Positions 47,649-57,698 of a stretch of 64,000 nt of DNA are shown one piece after another. How positions within the stretch are numbered: position 1 is the stretch's first letter; every line of letters begins with the position of its first letter. The position numbers were made by a program, and so were the translations under genes. Origin of the DNA: Patescibacteria group bacterium (lineage in GTDB: Bacteria > Patescibacteriota > Microgenomatia > 2-02-FULL-39-11); assembly GCA_023379265.1 (NCBI GenBank), contig JAMCUI010000009.1, positions 36,091 through 100,090 of the forward strand, written 5' to 3'. The notes beneath the pieces are model-generated. The model made no database searches, was not told where the DNA came from, and saw nothing but the letters and a program-made list of their open reading frames with translations.

Positions 47649-48458
47649 ATGGATAATAATAACCATATTATTGAAGTAAAAAATTTGACCAAAAGATTTA
47701 GCAGTTTTACCGCCGTTGACGATATTTCTTTTAATGTTGAAAAAGGGGATATTTTTGCCTTTCTGGGTCCGAATGGTGCAGGAAAAACTACAACCATTAA
47801 GATGCTTACTACTCTTCTTTTTCCTACAGAAGGGAAAATCAGTCTCAATGGTTATAACCCGATGAGCCAAAAGGATGAAGCAAGAAGGTCTTTTGGTATA
47901 GTGTTTCAGGATCCCAGTCTTGATGATGAATTAACAGCTAGGGAGAATCTTGAATTTCACGGAGTGCTTTATAAGGTTCCTGGGAGGTTAATGAATTCTA
48001 GAATAGAAGAGTTGATGAAGTTTGTGGAACTATGGGAAAGGAGAGATCACTTGGTCAAAACTTTTTCCGGAGGGATGAAGAGGCGACTTGAAATAGCTAG
48101 AGGACTTCTTCACCACCCGAAGATTTTTTTCCTGGACGAACCTACACAGGGGCTTGACCCTCAGACAAGAAACCACATGTGGGAGTACATAGAGAATCTA
48201 AACAAAAAAGAGCACATTACTGTATTTTTTACCACACATTATATTGAGGAGGCCGAAAAAGTAGCCAGGAGGGTCGCTATAATGGATCACGGAAAGATTG
48301 TAGCTCAGGGAACGCCTGATGGACTGAAAGAAAAAACAGGCAAGCAAACACTCGAAGATGCATTCTTATCCTTAACTGGACACGGCATAAGGGATGAGGA
48401 GGCTTCAGGTGTAGATCGGATGCGGCAACACCGTGCAATGTGGCGAAGAGGTAGATAA
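47649..48458 (+). CDS. ABC transporter ATP-binding protein (DrrA-like)
   Basis: GPNGAGKTT, FSGGMKRRLEIARG, LDEPT.GLDPQ.R. Confidence 0.94.
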   Translation: MDNNNHIIEVKNLTKRFSSFTAVDDISFNVEKGDIFAFLGPNGAGKTTTIKMLTTLLFPTEGKISLNGYNPMSQKDEARRSFGIVFQDPSLDDELTARENLEFHGVLYKVPGRLMNSRIEELMKFVELWERRDHLVKTFSGGMKRRLEIARGLLHHPKIFFLDEPTQGLDPQTRNHMWEYIENLNKKEHITVFFTTHYIEEAEKVARRVAIMDHGKIVAQGTPDGLKEKTGKQTLEDAFLSLTGHGIRDEEASGVDRMRQHRAMWRRGR

Positions 48459-48462
48459 AAAT

Positions 48463-49209
48463 ATGAGTACTGTATATATACTTTGGTTAAGACAGATAAA
48501 AAGATATTTCAGGTCACGGTCTCGAATCGTTGGTTCTCTTGGTCAACCAATACTTTTTTTAGTTGCGTTGGGATTTGGTTTCGGACCTGTTTTCAGACGC
48601 GCTGGGCAGGGGAGCTATATACAATTTCTTGTGCCTGGAATAATCGCCATGAGTATACTTTTTACGTCAATTTTTTCAGGTATAGAGATCATTTGGGATA
48701 GACAATTCGGCTTTCTGAAAGAAACACTTGTTGCGCCTGTCTCAAGGCTGGAAATAATGGTTGGTAGGACACTTGGGGGAGCAACTGTTGCCATATTTCA
48801 GGGTGTAATAGTTTTTTTCATTTCGCTTTTTGCGGGTTTCAGGCTTCCTGGAGTACACGCCTTGATACCTACATTTGTGTTTATGCTTCTTATAGCAGTT
48901 CTTTTTACAGCTCTGGGTACTGCCATTGCCTCAAAACTTGAAGATATGCAGGGATTCCAGCTTATAATGAATTTTCTTATTATGCCGCTTTTCTTTCTCT
49001 CTGGAGCTCTATTTCCTCTTGATGGAGTACCGACTGTTCTGGCAACTATTGTAAGGTTTGACCCCCTTTCTTATGGTGTTGACGGATTGCGTAGCGCTCT
49101 TGTGGGAACGTCGCATTTCGGATTTACTGTAGACCTGACGATACTTTCCGTCCTCACATTTTTCCTTCTTATACTGGGAAGCTACCTTTTCTCAAAAATA
49201 GAGATATAA
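48463..49209 (+). CDS. ABC-2 type permease (DrrB-like)
   Basis: PGIIAM, DR.FGFLKE.LVAP, FLSGALFP, PL.YGVD.LR. Confidence 0.93.
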   Translation: MSTVYILWLRQIKRYFRSRSRIVGSLGQPILFLVALGFGFGPVFRRAGQGSYIQFLVPGIIAMSILFTSIFSGIEIIWDRQFGFLKETLVAPVSRLEIMVGRTLGGATVAIFQGVIVFFISLFAGFRLPGVHALIPTFVFMLLIAVLFTALGTAIASKLEDMQGFQLIMNFLIMPLFFLSGALFPLDGVPTVLATIVRFDPLSYGVDGLRSALVGTSHFGFTVDLTILSVLTFFLLILGSYLFSKIEI

Positions 49210-49271
49210 TTTGAAGTTTTTCTGAAAGACCAAACGTAGCCGATTTTAGCGTGTTTATAGAAAATTGTGCA

Positions 49272-49724
49272 TTAATATCCTAAGTTTTGGTATGGAGCCA
49301 TTTGTTTGTTTAATGCTTGGTTGATTGAGTTTACCAGGCTTTGTGTGGCCCATAGTGAAAGTATTATAGAAACAGTCGTTAGAATAATTGCGGCGATACC
49401 GATCTTTTTAGCAATTGTACCTTCCTGCCGTAAATATTTATAACCCCATATGTATCCTAGTGGTGGTAGAAGAATACTCACTAAATAAACGGTTATTTGC
49501 TTGCCAATAGATACGGAAAGAGGTTTCTGTTTTAACTTGCTGCCGCAGTTCTGGCAAAAAAAATAATCCTGCAGTGTTCTTGTGTGGCAGAACGGACAGA
49601 TTTGTTGGCTTTTCGAATCAAAAGCCTTTTGTTGTGGTAAAGCGTTTTGTTCGGTTTGAGACGAAGATATTGTTTGAGGAGAAATAATGATATTTTCCTG
49701 TTTTTGGGTGTCAGAGGTATTCAT
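49272..49724 (-). CDS. Zn-ribbon plus two-TM membrane protein
   Basis: CPFC..FC.NCG followed by hydrophobic helices (LPPLG). Confidence 0.75.
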   Translation of the reverse strand: MNTSDTQKQENIIISPQTISSSQTEQNALPQQKAFDSKSQQICPFCHTRTLQDYFFCQNCGSKLKQKPLSVSIGKQITVYLVSILLPPLGYIWGYKYLRQEGTIAKKIGIAAIILTTVSIILSLWATQSLVNSINQALNKQMAPYQNLGY

Positions 49725-49807
49725 GAAGTAGCAAGAATAACGACTTTTCCAACAACCAAACTTTCCTTGTAAAGGAAAAAGGATTAGTTCAGTTGTTTAT
49801 TGAATGA

Positions 49808-49957
49808 TTACGGTGTATAAAATTTTACCACGTAAATCAACAGTGCAGCTGCAGTGACCAGAAAAAATACAATACCCGTCTGTATGATCGGGCTTTTCAT
49901 AGGGTCTTGAGCTGATTTTTTTGCCGTTTGCCTGGAGACTCTTTTTGACTTTTTCAT
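49808..49957 (-). CDS. small single-TM protein (49 aa)
   Basis: basic N-terminus, C-terminal TM; AAGGAGGT upstream. Confidence 0.5.
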   Translation of the reverse strand: MKKSKRVSRQTAKKSAQDPMKSPIIQTGIVFFLVTAAALLIYVVKFYTP

Positions 49958-50044
49958 AAAATTTTTTGGTTTTACCTCCTTAAATCCAGCATAAGTTGGA
50001 CTAAATTTTTTGTCAAGAGATAACAAGATTTGTCGTCGTTTTAT

Positions 50045-50365
50045 TTAGTGCGTTTGGGTAATTTTGTCTGCATAAAGCGTAGTTCCTGAATATTGTCCTG
50101 ATATTTCCACTTTTTGCCCTACATATTTGTCTAGATCAATATTATTTGAGGCTATTCCTGTAATTTCGTTATTATTTACCAATATGTGCGAATAGTCGTT
50201 ATTGGATTGAGGTACTTTTTGCAGAGTGCCAGCAAGTTTTACCTCTACGTTTGTAATTTGCGCAGAATTATTTTGGTTATTAACTGGTGTTTTTGTTCCG
50301 CCAAGAGCAGTAAATCCGAATATTCCGATTAAAACAATAATCGCAAAAATAAATATATATTTCAT
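50045..50365 (-). CDS. secreted/anchored OB-fold-like hypothetical protein
   Basis: signal/TM MKYIFIFAII; L..YVG.KV.I.G. Confidence 0.65.
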   Translation of the reverse strand: MKYIFIFAIIVLIGIFGFTALGGTKTPVNNQNNSAQITNVEVKLAGTLQKVPQSNNDYSHILVNNNEITGIASNNIDLDKYVGQKVEISGQYSGTTLYADKITQTH

Positions 50366-50409
50366 GACACCCTTTCTTATAAACTTAAATAATTTAATCC
50401 TGCTTATGA

Positions 50410-51822
50410 TTATAATAGATTCATCAGTCTTAACCATCTTAAAATATTGGCTGTGATAAGGAAATTATCGTTGATAAAATTATGTGCAGCAATACCCATA
50501 TGTCTTTCCATCTGATGATCGTCAATAAGTTTGGCGACATTTATTGCTGCCTCTTCATAATTTCTTGGTGATACTAGAAAGCCAGTTTTTCCATGCTGTA
50601 TTTGCGGAATAATACCGCCAATGTTTGAGGCTACCACGGGTTTGCCGCACCAGGAGGCTTCAGCCACCATCATGCCGAAACCTTCTAAATTGGAAAGCTG
50701 TATGATATAGGTGTTTGTCGCCTGCCAAACGGCCGCCAACTCGTGGTAATGGAATGGTCGAGGATGAGCAGTTTGAGTGTGTAGGAAGAAGTAATCTTTA
50801 TTTTCAGCAAAGCCCATCTGGTCTGCTTTTGTTCGCATCTGTTTTAAAACCATTGATGAAACTGGATTGTCGTTGGCAAACGGTCCGGTATAGATAAGTT
50901 GAAGACCATTGTATTTCTGGCGCATAATTTTGAATACCTCAAGTATTCCAAGAGGATTTTTGTCAGGATCAAACCGGGAAACCTGGACAAGTATAGGTCT
51001 TTGAGGATCAACTCCGAATTCCGAAAGTATTTTATCTGCTTCTTCTTTTGACATAGGCTGCAGTTTTTTATGGAAAGGGTCAACAAAAGGATAGTTGGTT
51101 TCCCATCTGATTTTGGTTTTAAGGTCGGAAGGGAAATACTGAGGTATGGTACAAACTGATGCGTCGTGTTTTAATATGTACGGTTCTATAAATTTCCATG
51201 ATGGCGAAGCTGGATCGCCATATGGGTGGAAGCGCCAAAACCATTTCTGTCCGTCTCTCTTTGCCTTATCTATGACAGCTACGCATTGTGGATCATCAGC
51301 GATGAAGATACAACCATTTTGGGTATTTTGTTGATAATCCTGAAGCATTTTGCCGAATGTTGAGTTTACCTCTAAGTATAAATTTTCATCTTTTTCAGTA
51401 ACAGGTCTGGGGTGGATTTTACCGTCACCGTTTTCAAAAACAAACCACATTTTACTGGAGTCCTGAAGGGAATAGTGCAAACCGGCAGTAATACCGAAGA
51501 AATCCGGAGGCGGATTGTAACCTTTTTCACTGCCGTAGGGCGAGGTCATGGTCATCCAATGGGTTTTTATGCCCAAATCATTCATCAGTGCCGCAAAAGA
51601 TGGTATAAGTTCGGCTACACCTCCTCCAAAAGAAGTTGAATTAAACCTCAAAATGGTTTTGCATTTAAGATTTTCAGCTTCCGTCTGTATTTCTGATAAA
51701 GTTTCAGGAGAGACATATCTGGCGTAATCTACAAGTCTTCTGGGGGGGAATAGGTGGTCTGCTAGATTGAAATCAAAAAATGAGGCGTCTTGGCCTTTAT
51801 CTTTTACGTCTGAGTGCATCAA
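50410..51822 (-). CDS. GT4 glycosyltransferase resembling trehalose synthase TreT
   Basis: NST..GGGVAE, DPQ, W.WR.H, QVSRFD..K.P.G, EGFG..V.EA...KPVVA...GGI. Confidence 0.8.
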   Translation of the reverse strand: MMHSDVKDKGQDASFFDFNLADHLFPPRRLVDYARYVSPETLSEIQTEAENLKCKTILRFNSTSFGGGVAELIPSFAALMNDLGIKTHWMTMTSPYGSEKGYNPPPDFFGITAGLHYSLQDSSKMWFVFENGDGKIHPRPVTEKDENLYLEVNSTFGKMLQDYQQNTQNGCIFIADDPQCVAVIDKAKRDGQKWFWRFHPYGDPASPSWKFIEPYILKHDASVCTIPQYFPSDLKTKIRWETNYPFVDPFHKKLQPMSKEEADKILSEFGVDPQRPILVQVSRFDPDKNPLGILEVFKIMRQKYNGLQLIYTGPFANDNPVSSMVLKQMRTKADQMGFAENKDYFFLHTQTAHPRPFHYHELAAVWQATNTYIIQLSNLEGFGMMVAEASWCGKPVVASNIGGIIPQIQHGKTGFLVSPRNYEEAAINVAKLIDDHQMERHMGIAAHNFINDNFLITANILRWLRLMNLL

Positions 51823-51997
51823 AGAATACTTGTTTTATTAAGCAACGATTACATTATAGAAACGATTTTTTTCTCTGTAAAGTCTAGAACTAGTCTCAAA
51901 ACCTGCAAATTAATCCCGAAAGAAAACTTTGATATGGGATTAAAATAACATTTAGAAATAAATTCTAGGGATAAAGAAGAATAGATAATCTATTTTA

Positions 51998-52435
51998 CTA
52001 TTTCTTTCTTAAGAATAAGGAACTGAAGAAATAAAAAAGCAGAATTTCCAAGGCTGAAGATATAAGAGTGGGTAATAGGTTCCTAGTATTGGGGATACCG
52101 CTAATTTTCTGCGTTAACATCGGCAGCATAAAAATAAGACTGAAGACAAAAACGTATATAGTTGATAATAGTGCTACCCTGTCAGGTTTTTCTATTTCAT
52201 ATTTGCTTTTTATCATCTTTGACGCAATAAAGGTATCAAGGAGGACAATGACTAAGGGGAAAATTACCTGGTCAGCTTTTCCAAGGAGTGGAATTGATCT
52301 ATATACTGATGGATTTAGGAGATAGACTACTATTACACTGTATATAAATGATATGATAATTCCAATAAGAATATAGCTTATGAAATAGACGGCCGAAATT
52401 TTACCGCTCTTATCCAACTTTGTTTGTTTGGCCAT
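51998..52435 (-). CDS. four-TM hypothetical membrane protein
   Basis: 145 aa, four hydrophobic helices. Confidence 0.6.
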   Translation of the reverse strand: MAKQTKLDKSGKISAVYFISYILIGIIISFIYSVIVVYLLNPSVYRSIPLLGKADQVIFPLVIVLLDTFIASKMIKSKYEIEKPDRVALLSTIYVFVFSLIFMLPMLTQKISGIPNTRNLLPTLISSALEILLFYFFSSLFLRKK

Positions 52436-52553
52436 ACCTCAATTATTATATATCATTTTTTCCTTTTCAATAGGGAATTTTAGTGGTATACATTTTTTAC
52501 CTAGACAATGATATGATCTCAAATGTAATAAGTATTTAAGGTTTGGAAACAAT

Positions 52554-53759
52554 ATGGCACAAGAGTATAGAAAAACTTCTAAAAGAATAGATAATAACGT
52601 CTTTTCTATAGGAATGTTAAGCTTTTTCGGCGGTGTAAGCCAGGATATTTTTCTACCAATTCTTCCTCTTTACCTAGCAAATATTCTCCATTTTAATAAA
52701 GAATTTATAGGGCTTATTGAAGGTTTGGTCACAAGTAGTGCCAGTGTATTCAAAATAGTCGCTGGTTACCTGACGGATAAATTTAGAGTAAAAAAATCTC
52801 TTGTTTTTATAGGTTATTTCCTTTCATTGGTTAGTAGGCCACTTCTTTCTATGTTGACATCCGGTATCGGTGTACTGGGGCTGCGTTTTATTGATGGAGT
52901 TGGGAAAGGGATGAAAGATACTCCCAAAGACGCTCTTATCGCCGATTCTTCAAAAGTTGAAACAAGAGGCAAGGGTTTTGGAATAGTGAGGGCTCTTGAT
53001 ACATTCGGTTCTGTAATAGGGCCGATATTACTTTTTGTCATGCTCTATTTTTTGGGTAGCAATCAACTGAAATATCATTATATATTTTTCTTTTCAGCAG
53101 TTCCCCTTCTTATAACCCTTCTTATACTTGTTTTTTTTGTTAAGGAAAAACATCTGTCTGCAGAAATTAAACATGACGATAGACCTTACAATCTTTCCAG
53201 AGACTTTTATATTTTTCTTTTGATTGTGGTCTTATTTTCTTTGGGAAATTCTTCAGATACTTTTCTGATACTGCGTGCTCAGAATGTTGGAGTGACGCTT
53301 TTAGGAATTCCATTGGTTTATGCGCTTTTCAATTTTTTCTATGCCACCGCATCAATACCTTTGGGTAGTCTGTCTGATAAAATCGGCAGGGAAAAAGTAA
53401 TTTTTTTGGGATGGTTGGCTTATGCCCTTGCTTATTTAGGTTTCGCACTTGCAGGTAAAAGTTATCAGATATGGTTTCTTTTTGCTTTTTACGGAGTTTA
53501 CTATGCTACTACAGAGGGTGTAGCAAAAGCCTTTGTTGCTGATATGACTTCACCCGAACATCGAGGTAAAGCTTATGGCATATATAACGCTGTGGTTGGA
53601 GCAGTGACTTTACCTGCCAGTCTTATTGCCGGATTCCTTTGGGATAAATTTAATCCCTCAATGCCTTTTTTCTTTGCCAGTGCAATTGCAGCAGTCTCAA
53701 GCTTATTACTTTTGGGATTTACAAGGTATAGAAGTTTAGAGTATTCAAAGGACAAATAG
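52554..53759 (+). CDS. MFS transporter
   Basis: 12 TM, G.L.DK, DG.GKG, RGK.FG..R..D..G, G.LSDKIGR. Confidence 0.92.
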   Translation: MAQEYRKTSKRIDNNVFSIGMLSFFGGVSQDIFLPILPLYLANILHFNKEFIGLIEGLVTSSASVFKIVAGYLTDKFRVKKSLVFIGYFLSLVSRPLLSMLTSGIGVLGLRFIDGVGKGMKDTPKDALIADSSKVETRGKGFGIVRALDTFGSVIGPILLFVMLYFLGSNQLKYHYIFFFSAVPLLITLLILVFFVKEKHLSAEIKHDDRPYNLSRDFYIFLLIVVLFSLGNSSDTFLILRAQNVGVTLLGIPLVYALFNFFYATASIPLGSLSDKIGREKVIFLGWLAYALAYLGFALAGKSYQIWFLFAFYGVYYATTEGVAKAFVADMTSPEHRGKAYGIYNAVVGAVTLPASLIAGFLWDKFNPSMPFFFASAIAAVSSLLLLGFTRYRSLEYSKDK

Positions 53760-53768
53760 ATAATGTTG

Positions 53769-54422
53769 TCAGATTTTCTTGCTGCTATTGCAGCTGTAGT
53801 CTCTTGAGTTTGGCGCTCTTCCTTGAAAAGCGAAAAATGGGTCTTGTCTAAGCATCTGCCACCCGGCAAAAATAAAAATTATCAATGTTGCTAGTACTAA
53901 ACCTACCCATTTTCTTTCCGCCTTTTTTAGCGAATCATCCAATATCTTCGGGCATATATCTTTATGACAATTTTTGTTTTTCAGATTTCTAATCGCCATA
54001 ATTACAGAAAGAAGTATAAGTCCAAACGATAGTGTTTTTATTTCAAGTCCCTGAAAAGGCAATGAGGATAATCCTCCGATTACTCCAAGGCCAGAAAGGA
54101 TGGTAGAACCGCAGACCGGACAAGACGAGGCAAGGATACCAATGAGAGCTCCGGCACCTCCTCCTGATGTATGAAAAAGATTGGCAATACCGTATTTCCT
54201 GTAATGATAAAGGAAAAGGGAGACGCTGATACCGAAAAGTATAGCAGTGCCCGATGTCAGCACTATATAAGAGATGAAGTATGTTAGCGAATTATGTACA
54301 TATAGGCTGTGAAGATCGGAGTTTATAAGAAGTATCCGGTAATACAGGAGAAGAAGTCCAAGGGCAGATGTAGCGCCGAAAATATAATAATAGAATATTG
54401 TGAGCAGGTGTTTTTTTATCAT
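53769..54422 (-). CDS. membrane protein with an intramembrane CxxC
   Basis: ASSCPVCG, LPF.GLE; ATG 54422 chosen from the upstream AAGGA. Confidence 0.65.
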   Translation of the reverse strand: MIKKHLLTIFYYYIFGATSALGLLLLYYRILLINSDLHSLYVHNSLTYFISYIVLTSGTAILFGISVSLFLYHYRKYGIANLFHTSGGGAGALIGILASSCPVCGSTILSGLGVIGGLSSLPFQGLEIKTLSFGLILLSVIMAIRNLKNKNCHKDICPKILDDSLKKAERKWVGLVLATLIIFIFAGWQMLRQDPFFAFQGRAPNSRDYSCNSSKKI

Positions 54423-54435
54423 GGGCTGTCCTTCT

Positions 54436-54855
54436 CTAGTATAATTTCTTATTTGGACTTTTTCCATTCTTTATAAATTTCATCAGGCAAGAGTTCATTA
54501 TGACTGTTAAACCGTGAGCTTGTGCATACTTTTGCGCTTTATCATCTGCGACTCCTTCCTGCATCCATACAGTTTTTACATCTCCACGTCTAACTGCTTC
54601 TTTTACGTGGGGAAAAACGAATTCATTTTTTCGGAAAATGTCAGCAATGTCCACTTTTACGCTCTTGGGTATAGACAAAAGATTTGGAAAGGCTTTTTCA
54701 CCCAGAGTTTCGGAAATATTTGGATTAACTGGAATTATTTTATATCCCTGAGATTGCAAAAAAGCTCCAACCTTGTGGCTATATTTTTCACCGTCGTTTG
54801 AAAGACCGATTATAGCTATGGTTTTTGTCTCTTCTAATATTTTATTTTGATCCAT
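54436..54855 (-). CDS. CoA-binding protein (YccU-like)
   Basis: IAIIGLS, GY.IIPVNP, D..DIFR, VWMQEG. Confidence 0.9.
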   Translation of the reverse strand: MDQNKILEETKTIAIIGLSNDGEKYSHKVGAFLQSQGYKIIPVNPNISETLGEKAFPNLLSIPKSVKVDIADIFRKNEFVFPHVKEAVRRGDVKTVWMQEGVADDKAQKYAQAHGLTVIMNSCLMKFIKNGKSPNKKLY

Positions 54856-54938
54856 TTTTAGGGTATTTTAGTATATCATGATATATTAAAAAGGTCTTGT
54901 ATTATGGAGGAATAATAAATAAAATATACGAACAAAAT

Positions 54939-56117
54939 ATGTCAGGCGAGAAAAGATTTATTATAGGCACAATTATTGTCACTGTGTTGGTTATTGTGGC
55001 TGCGGTGATGTTTTCTTCTTCAGGAAATAAATCTTCAAACAACACTGATCTTTCCGGACCCAAGGTGAATTCTAATCTTTTAGTCAGAGCCGACAGCGAG
55101 AAAATATCTTCTCCATCAGCCCAGGCTACACTTGTGGAATTTGGAGATTTCCAGTGTCCGGCTTGTGGAGCGTATCATTCGCTTGTCCAGCAAGTACTAG
55201 ACCAATTCAAGGGAAAATTAAATTTTGTCTTCCGTAATTTTCCTCTTACTTCAATTCATCAGAATGCCCAAATAGCAGCACAGACTGCAGTGGCGGCGGG
55301 TCTACAGGGGAAATTTTTTGATATGTATAATCTCCTATATGAAAACCAATCTGAATGGTCTGATTTAGGTAACCCTCGAGACACTTTTGACAAATATGCT
55401 CAATCACTTCACCTAGATATCAATAAATTTAATTCCGATATAGACTCAAAGAAAGTACAGGATCTTATACAAGAAGATGTGAACGATGCCAATTCTTTGG
55501 GGGTGGATGCTACTCCAACTTTTTACCTTAACGGAGTCAAACTGAATAATCCTTCAGGTTTTGATGAATTCAGTAATTTGGTTAAAACTGCCATAAAAGA
55601 TATCCCGATCACCCAGTCGCCTGCAGCGGAGGCTTATCACGTCCATGTTGATTTTAAGGTCTATTTGAACGATATACCTGTAGATTTTTCTTTAGCAAAG
55701 TACCAATCGGTTGAAGGTAAGGAACTTGATCCGTACGTGCATCTCCATGACGGCAACGGGAAAATAATCCATTTCCACAAAAAGGATGTTACTTTTGGAG
55801 AGTTTTTCAAATCTTTGAAAATGCAGTTAAGCAATGATTGTTTTGTCATGGATAGTGGTAAAAAGTATTGTAATATTAACGGCACAACTTTGAAAATGTA
55901 CGTGAATGGGAAAGAGAATAATCAATTTGATAAGTACGTACCAAACGATTTAGACAGGATTCTTATCACTTACGGAAATGATAACCAAGTTGTTATCACT
56001 AAACAAATAGGTTCAGTCACAAATGACGCGTGTATCTATTCCCTCAAGTGCCCTGAGAGAGGCAAACCTCCCACAGAGAACTGCGTAGGCGGTTTGGGTA
56101 CAAATTGTACAGAATAA
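54939..56117 (+). CDS. DsbA-like thioredoxin protein fused to a His/Cys-rich C-terminal domain
   Basis: EFGDFQCPAC, FRNFPL..H, GV.ATPTF; C-terminal HVHVD, HLHD, IHFH and several Cys. Confidence 0.85.
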   Translation: MSGEKRFIIGTIIVTVLVIVAAVMFSSSGNKSSNNTDLSGPKVNSNLLVRADSEKISSPSAQATLVEFGDFQCPACGAYHSLVQQVLDQFKGKLNFVFRNFPLTSIHQNAQIAAQTAVAAGLQGKFFDMYNLLYENQSEWSDLGNPRDTFDKYAQSLHLDINKFNSDIDSKKVQDLIQEDVNDANSLGVDATPTFYLNGVKLNNPSGFDEFSNLVKTAIKDIPITQSPAAEAYHVHVDFKVYLNDIPVDFSLAKYQSVEGKELDPYVHLHDGNGKIIHFHKKDVTFGEFFKSLKMQLSNDCFVMDSGKKYCNINGTTLKMYVNGKENNQFDKYVPNDLDRILITYGNDNQVVITKQIGSVTNDACIYSLKCPERGKPPTENCVGGLGTNCTE

Positions 56118-56244
56118 GCGGATTTGACTTCACGCAATTGTTGTTTAACGATATTTATATCCTCTTTTCCTTAGTTGCATTTTTACTTTCCAAAAAGATA
56201 TACTGGATAAGTATCAGTTATTTTTTCAATAGGAGGTAAATTTT

Positions 56245-57633
56245 ATGGCTGTCCAATTAAATTATATTGCGGGGGAAGGCTGGCAACCTGAGAATCCCGA
56301 TGAGAATTATGTGTTGGTTCAGTTCAAGATGGAGCTTGCTGATAACGTTGACCCTTCAAATTTCAGGAATGCCGCAGCCTCTGTGGCGGCAGAATCATCC
56401 ACAGGTACATGGACAAAAGTAGAGGATCGTCCAGACTCAGGTATAAAGGTGGCGGATGATTACAAAGCTATAGTATACGACCTGGATGAAATCAACCACA
56501 TGTTTAAGGTGGCCTATAAAGTGGATTTGTTTGAATATGACAATATGTCAGGTTATTTGGCGGGGCCTGCCGGAAACATTGGTGGGATGAAAATGGTCAA
56601 GGGGCTTCGAATTTTTGACATGAGATTTCCAAAGAAAATGGTGGATGCATTTCCTGGACCCAGATATGGTATTGATGGAGTCAGGGATATGCTTGCCCAA
56701 GATGAAAACCAAAGGAGGATGCCGATATTGGGAACTGTGCCAAAACCAAAAGTGGGAAGGACAGCTCAGGAACAGGCAGATTTAGCAAGAAGACTTTGGA
56801 CTGCGGGAGACGGGACTTATGATTTCATTAAAGATGATGAAAATCTGACCAGTCTGCCTTTCAATAAGTTTGACGATAGAGCAAAACTTGTTCTTGCAGT
56901 ACAAAGGGAGCTTGAGGAAAAAGGCGGCAAGAAAAAACTTTATCTGTGTAACCTGACGCATTCCAATCTTGATACCATGATTTATAGAGCAAACTTGATA
57001 AAGGAAAATGGCGGCAGGTGCATGATGATAGATGTGGTGACGACCGGTATGGCAGCAGTCCATACTATGAGGCTTAAGAATCCAGAACTTATTATTCATG
57101 CGCATCGGGCTATGCATGCCTTTATGACTCGTGAAAGCGGTAGCGGAATAACTGGTGTGGGTAACCTGCAAGGTTTTAGTATTTCCATGATTGTACTCGC
57201 CAAAATATACAGACTTTTGGGAGTTGATAGCCTTCACAGCGGTTCTCCCAAAGCCAAAATGGAAGATTATGGGGAGAGTGAGGAGATTATGCGTATTCTT
57301 ACAAAAGATATGACAGAGCCGAATACAAAATTCCATACGTTGGGACAGAACTGGTTTGGGAAAAAGACGGTTTGGCCTACCGCTTCTGGCGGTTTACATC
57401 CGGGAGTAATGGATATGGTCATGAGAAAGATGGGTAAAGACTGTTACATTCAGATGGGAGGTGGAGTTTTAGGACATCCCAAAGGAGCAGAGAGGGGAGT
57501 TGAGGCTGCCATTGAGGCGAGAAAGGCAATCACAGAAGGCCAATCTGTAAAGGAATACGTAGCCGCACATCCTGAAAGTGCACTGGCTGAAGCAGTGCAA
57601 TTGTGGGGTACCGAACCTAAAATAGTATATTGA
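56245..57633 (+). CDS. rbcL: RuBisCO large subunit, form III-related, catalytic motifs intact
   Basis: ESSTGTW, GN, KPK, DFIKDDE, HAHRAMH, loop-6 KME, SGG, GGG..GHP; RBS AGGAGGT; no adjacent rbcS. Confidence 0.9.
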   Translation: MAVQLNYIAGEGWQPENPDENYVLVQFKMELADNVDPSNFRNAAASVAAESSTGTWTKVEDRPDSGIKVADDYKAIVYDLDEINHMFKVAYKVDLFEYDNMSGYLAGPAGNIGGMKMVKGLRIFDMRFPKKMVDAFPGPRYGIDGVRDMLAQDENQRRMPILGTVPKPKVGRTAQEQADLARRLWTAGDGTYDFIKDDENLTSLPFNKFDDRAKLVLAVQRELEEKGGKKKLYLCNLTHSNLDTMIYRANLIKENGGRCMMIDVVTTGMAAVHTMRLKNPELIIHAHRAMHAFMTRESGSGITGVGNLQGFSISMIVLAKIYRLLGVDSLHSGSPKAKMEDYGESEEIMRILTKDMTEPNTKFHTLGQNWFGKKTVWPTASGGLHPGVMDMVMRKMGKDCYIQMGGGVLGHPKGAERGVEAAIEARKAITEGQSVKEYVAAHPESALAEAVQLWGTEPKIVY

Positions 57634-57698
57634 GTCGAAATATTGCTGATAACATTTTTTCGGAAACGTTCTGAAAAAACGCTTCAAAAAAGAAGCAT

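Noticed and set aside
47468-47656. 62-aa ORF upstream of the DrrA-like ATPase
   Set aside because: No recognisable motif or RBS; it lies in an AT-rich promoter region and overlaps the next start; probably spurious
56245-57633. Form IV RuBisCO-like protein, or form I RuBisCO
   Set aside because: The catalytic and RuBP-binding motifs look complete and prk is nearby (against form IV); no rbcS (against form I)
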